A stretch of DNA of 59,910 nt, filler included. It is 6 parts of 6 records of this genome, joined end to end, with 100 filler letters (N's around TTAATTAATTAA, not from the genome) between each part and the next. Parts side by side here need not be neighbours in the genome. Positions count along the whole stretch, not along the records: positions 47,399 to 59,910 come from SRR2962707_3522; 5 more parts are not named here. The stretch is one strand, 5' to 3'. The notes beneath the pieces were generated by a model. It had not been told where the DNA came from. It did no database searches and worked only from the letters and a program-made list of their open reading frames with translations. Positions 57,182 through 59,910 of this stretch are shown here, piece after piece. The number at the start of each line of letters is the position of its first letter. Positions within the stretch are counted from its first letter, which is position 1. The position numbers were made by a program, and so were the translations under genes.

Positions 57182-59344
57182 TTACAACGATTTTATACCC
57201 ATGTTGTAAAGCGTAAAGCCATAAATATCAGCATATTGATCGATGATTTTGCTAGTTGGAGTGCCAGCACCGTGACCGGCGTTGGTTTCAATGCGGATAA
57301 GGTATGGGTTGTTACCCGCACCTTTTGCTTGCAACTCAGCCGCAAACTTATATGAGTGCGCAGGCACTACACGGTCATCATGATCGCCCGTGGTGATCAA
57401 GGTCGCTGGATATTTAACCCCCTCTTTCACATTGTGTACTGGCGAATATCCTTTCAAGTAATCAAACATTTCTTTACTTTGTTCACTGGTGCCGTAATCA
57501 TATGCCCAGCCGGCTCCAGCTGTAAATGTATGATAACGCAGCATATCAAGCACACCAACAGCAGGAAGTGCAACTTTGAATAGTTCTGGGCGTTGAGTCA
57601 TTACCGCGCCAACTAATAAACCGCCGTTGGAACCACCACGTACCGCTAAGTAATCACTCGACGTATATTTTTCAGTGTTTAAATATTCAGCTGCAGCAAT
57701 AAAATCATCAAATACATTTTGCTTTTTAAGCTGTGTACCTGCGTCATGCCACTGTTTACCATACTCACCGCCGCCACGAATATTAGCAACAGCATACACG
57801 CCGCCTTGCTCCAACCACGCTGCAATGGTTGGGCTGAAGCTCGGTGTCATACTGGCATTAAAGCCACCATAGCCATATAAAATGGTTGGGTTGGTGCCAT
57901 CTCGTTTTAACTCTTTTTTGTAAGAGATGATCATCGGCACTTTGGTACCATCTTTAGAGCTATAAAATACTTGCTCAGAGGTGTATGCCTCTGAATCAAA
58001 TTGTGCACCAGATTTACGGTAAACTTCAGAGTTGCCAGTGTTTACATCAAACGAATAAGTGTTGCCCGGTGTGGTGTAATTGGCAAATGAGTAATACAGT
58101 GTGGTGCTTTCTTTTTTACCACTAAAGCCACGCGCAGTGCCCACTCCTGGTAAGCTAATTTCACGGGCTAACTTGCCTGTTTTGTCATATTGTTGCACTT
58201 TAGAAATCGCATCAACCATGTATTTAGCAAAAAAGAAATCACCACCTTTAGACATGCTTAGTACGTTGTCTGTTTCTGGGATCAAATCTTGCCACTGCTC
58301 AGGCGTTGGGTTTGTTGCATCTACCGTCACCACTTTTTTATTTGGTGCATTTAGGTTGGTAACTAAAAAGAACTTACTGCCATCGTTATCCAATAAGTAA
58401 GTGTCAGAATTGGTATCGCCTACTATTGTAACTAATTCGCTATCAGGCTTGCTGAGATCTTTAATAAACAGTTTATTACCTGAGGTAGAAACACTGGCTG
58501 ATATTAATAAATAACGGTTATCACGAGTTACTGATGCACCAATGTATCGATGTTTTTGTTCATCCGTACCGCCGAAGATAAGCTCATCACTGGTTTGTGC
58601 CGTGCCTAACTTATGGTAAAACAGTTTATGTTGATCAGTCTTTGCAGAGAGTTCACTGCCCTTAGGCTTATCGTAGCTTGAGTAGTAAAATCCATCATTA
58701 CCTACCCAAGATAGGCCACTGAATTTAACATCAATTAATGCTGATTCAAGTTGCTCTTTAGTCTCGGTATTAATAATGATCACTTTACGCCAATCACTGC
58801 CGCCTTCCGAAATTTGATAAGCTGCCAATGAGCCATCTTCTGAAAAGGTAAGCCCTGACATTGAAGTCGTCCCATCGTCACTGAATTTATTCGGATCGAG
58901 GAATACCTCAGCTTCGCCATCACCTTTAGTGCGATAAAGTACATATTGGTTTTGTAAGCCATCATTTTTATAGAAGTACGTGTAATCACCTTCAGTAAAG
59001 GGGGCTGTTACTTTTTCATAGTTCATCAGCTTTTCAAGACTGGCTTTTAATTTATCGCGGTATGGAATATTTTCAAGGTACGAGAAAGTCAGGTTATTTT
59101 GTGTTTTAACCCACTGTGCAGTATCGCTGCTCATGTCATCTTCTAACCAGCGATAAGGATCTGCAACCTGTTCATCAAAATAGTGATCAACAACAGTCCC
59201 TTGTTTTGTTTCAGGATAAGTAATAGATTGAGTAACTGTCATGGTTGGTTTGGCATCTTTTTCCGCGGGCATTGATACTGATGGTGATTCAGTACAACCC
59301 CAAAGCGCAACTAAAACGGCGCAACTAATGGCTTTTTTTAACAT
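57182..59344 (-). CDS. Prolyl oligopeptidase (S9A), predicted lipoprotein
   Basis: Likely start MLKK (59344) with lipobox [18 protein letters not shown] (Ser), DHDDRV (Asp), AGHG (His). Confidence 0.95.
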   Translation of the reverse strand: MLKKAISCAVLVALWGCTESPSVSMPAEKDAKPTMTVTQSITYPETKQGTVVDHYFDEQVADPYRWLEDDMSSDTAQWVKTQNNLTFSYLENIPYRDKLKASLEKLMNYEKVTAPFTEGDYTYFYKNDGLQNQYVLYRTKGDGEAEVFLDPNKFSDDGTTSMSGLTFSEDGSLAAYQISEGGSDWRKVIIINTETKEQLESALIDVKFSGLSWVGNDGFYYSSYDKPKGSELSAKTDQHKLFYHKLGTAQTSDELIFGGTDEQKHRYIGASVTRDNRYLLISASVSTSGNKLFIKDLSKPDSELVTIVGDTNSDTYLLDNDGSKFFLVTNLNAPNKKVVTVDATNPTPEQWQDLIPETDNVLSMSKGGDFFFAKYMVDAISKVQQYDKTGKLAREISLPGVGTARGFSGKKESTTLYYSFANYTTPGNTYSFDVNTGNSEVYRKSGAQFDSEAYTSEQVFYSSKDGTKVPMIISYKKELKRDGTNPTILYGYGGFNASMTPSFSPTIAAWLEQGGVYAVANIRGGGEYGKQWHDAGTQLKKQNVFDDFIAAAEYLNTEKYTSSDYLAVRGGSNGGLLVGAVMTQRPELFKVALPAVGVLDMLRYHTFTAGAGWAYDYGTSEQSKEMFDYLKGYSPVHNVKEGVKYPATLITTGDHDDRVVPAHSYKFAAELQAKGAGNNPYLIRIETNAGHGAGTPTSKIIDQYADIYGFTLYNMGIKSL

Positions 59345-59494
59345 TGTTATAATCTTTCGTTTATTTGTTAGAACTTGCACGTTATAAATTTAGCCTAAGC
59401 TTGTCTAGTACAATGAGATCAATGCGCCTATTATCTGTAAAGAAATGTAAAACCCTGTATTGTTGCCCATTAATAACATAAAAAGATAAGTAAT

Positions 59495-59806
59495 ATGAAA
59501 AGTTCGCCAGAATTTACAAGCTTTAAACGCTTTTACCCATACTACTTAAAAGAGCATAAAAATGTCACCTGTCGTCGCCTGCATTTTGCGGGCAGCTCTT
59601 TAGTACTCGTTATCATTTTATACGCGCTGTTTAGCCAACAATTTATGTTATTGTGGCTACTACCCATTATTGGCTACGGTTTTGCTTGGGTTGGCCACTT
59701 TTTCTTCGAAAAAAACCGTCCCGCGACCTTTAAATACCCGTTCTATAGTTTGTGGGGAGACTGGGTGATGTTTAAAGACATGTTAGTAGGAAAAATTAAG
59801 TGGTAA
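59495..59806 (+). CDS. DUF962 / Mpo1-like small membrane protein
   Basis: FYPYYLKEH, RRLHFAG, GYGFAWVGHFFFEKNRPATF. Confidence 0.88.
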   Translation: MKSSPEFTSFKRFYPYYLKEHKNVTCRRLHFAGSSLVLVIILYALFSQQFMLLWLLPIIGYGFAWVGHFFFEKNRPATFKYPFYSLWGDWVMFKDMLVGKIKW

Positions 59807-59910
59807 TAACCCCCTGAGGCCAATTTACAGCATTACTTTGTAGAGATTATCGACACAAAAAGATCATTATCTAATCCTGCTTTTGTCGCTTTTCAGTGAT
59901 ATAGTTAACG

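Overview
The window is not one locus. It is six contigs joined by artificial 100-nt linkers (N-run, TTAATTAATTAA, N-run). Four contigs are from an intron-containing eukaryote, probably a protist. Contig 1 (1-10087) holds a ~20-intron membrane adenylyl cyclase whose two catalytic domains are in inverted order (C2-like first, C1-like second), with a C-terminal IQ-like motif. Contig 3 (16961-25255) holds an intronless hypothetical gene and a 14-intron secreted fusion of a degenerate GH18-like barrel, a bacterial-type TIM-barrel region and an FGE-sulfatase domain. Contig 4 (25356-41388) is a ~5,055-aa SZT2 (KICSTOR). Contig 5 (41489-47298) holds an RluA/RPUSD2-like pseudouridine synthase and WDR75/UTP17. 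Two contigs are bacterial. Contig 2 (10188-16860) is Bacteroidota-like: DUF3276, ychF, DUF5103, an ECF sigma/anti-sigma pair and DUF5916. Contig 6 (47399-59910) is a Shewanella-like gammaproteobacterium: GreA/B-like factor, type Vd patatin autotransporter, DUF2987, Bax-like glucosaminidase, dGTPase, a DUF481-DcaP porin-signal-peptide glutaminase operon, prolyl oligopeptidase and DUF962. The best leads are the exported-glutaminase/porin operon, the inverted-domain adenylyl cyclase, the GH18-like/FGE fusion, and short direct repeats at many intron junctions that suggest intron gain by insertion. All family assignments are by motif recognition and all exon models were built by hand; no searches were run.
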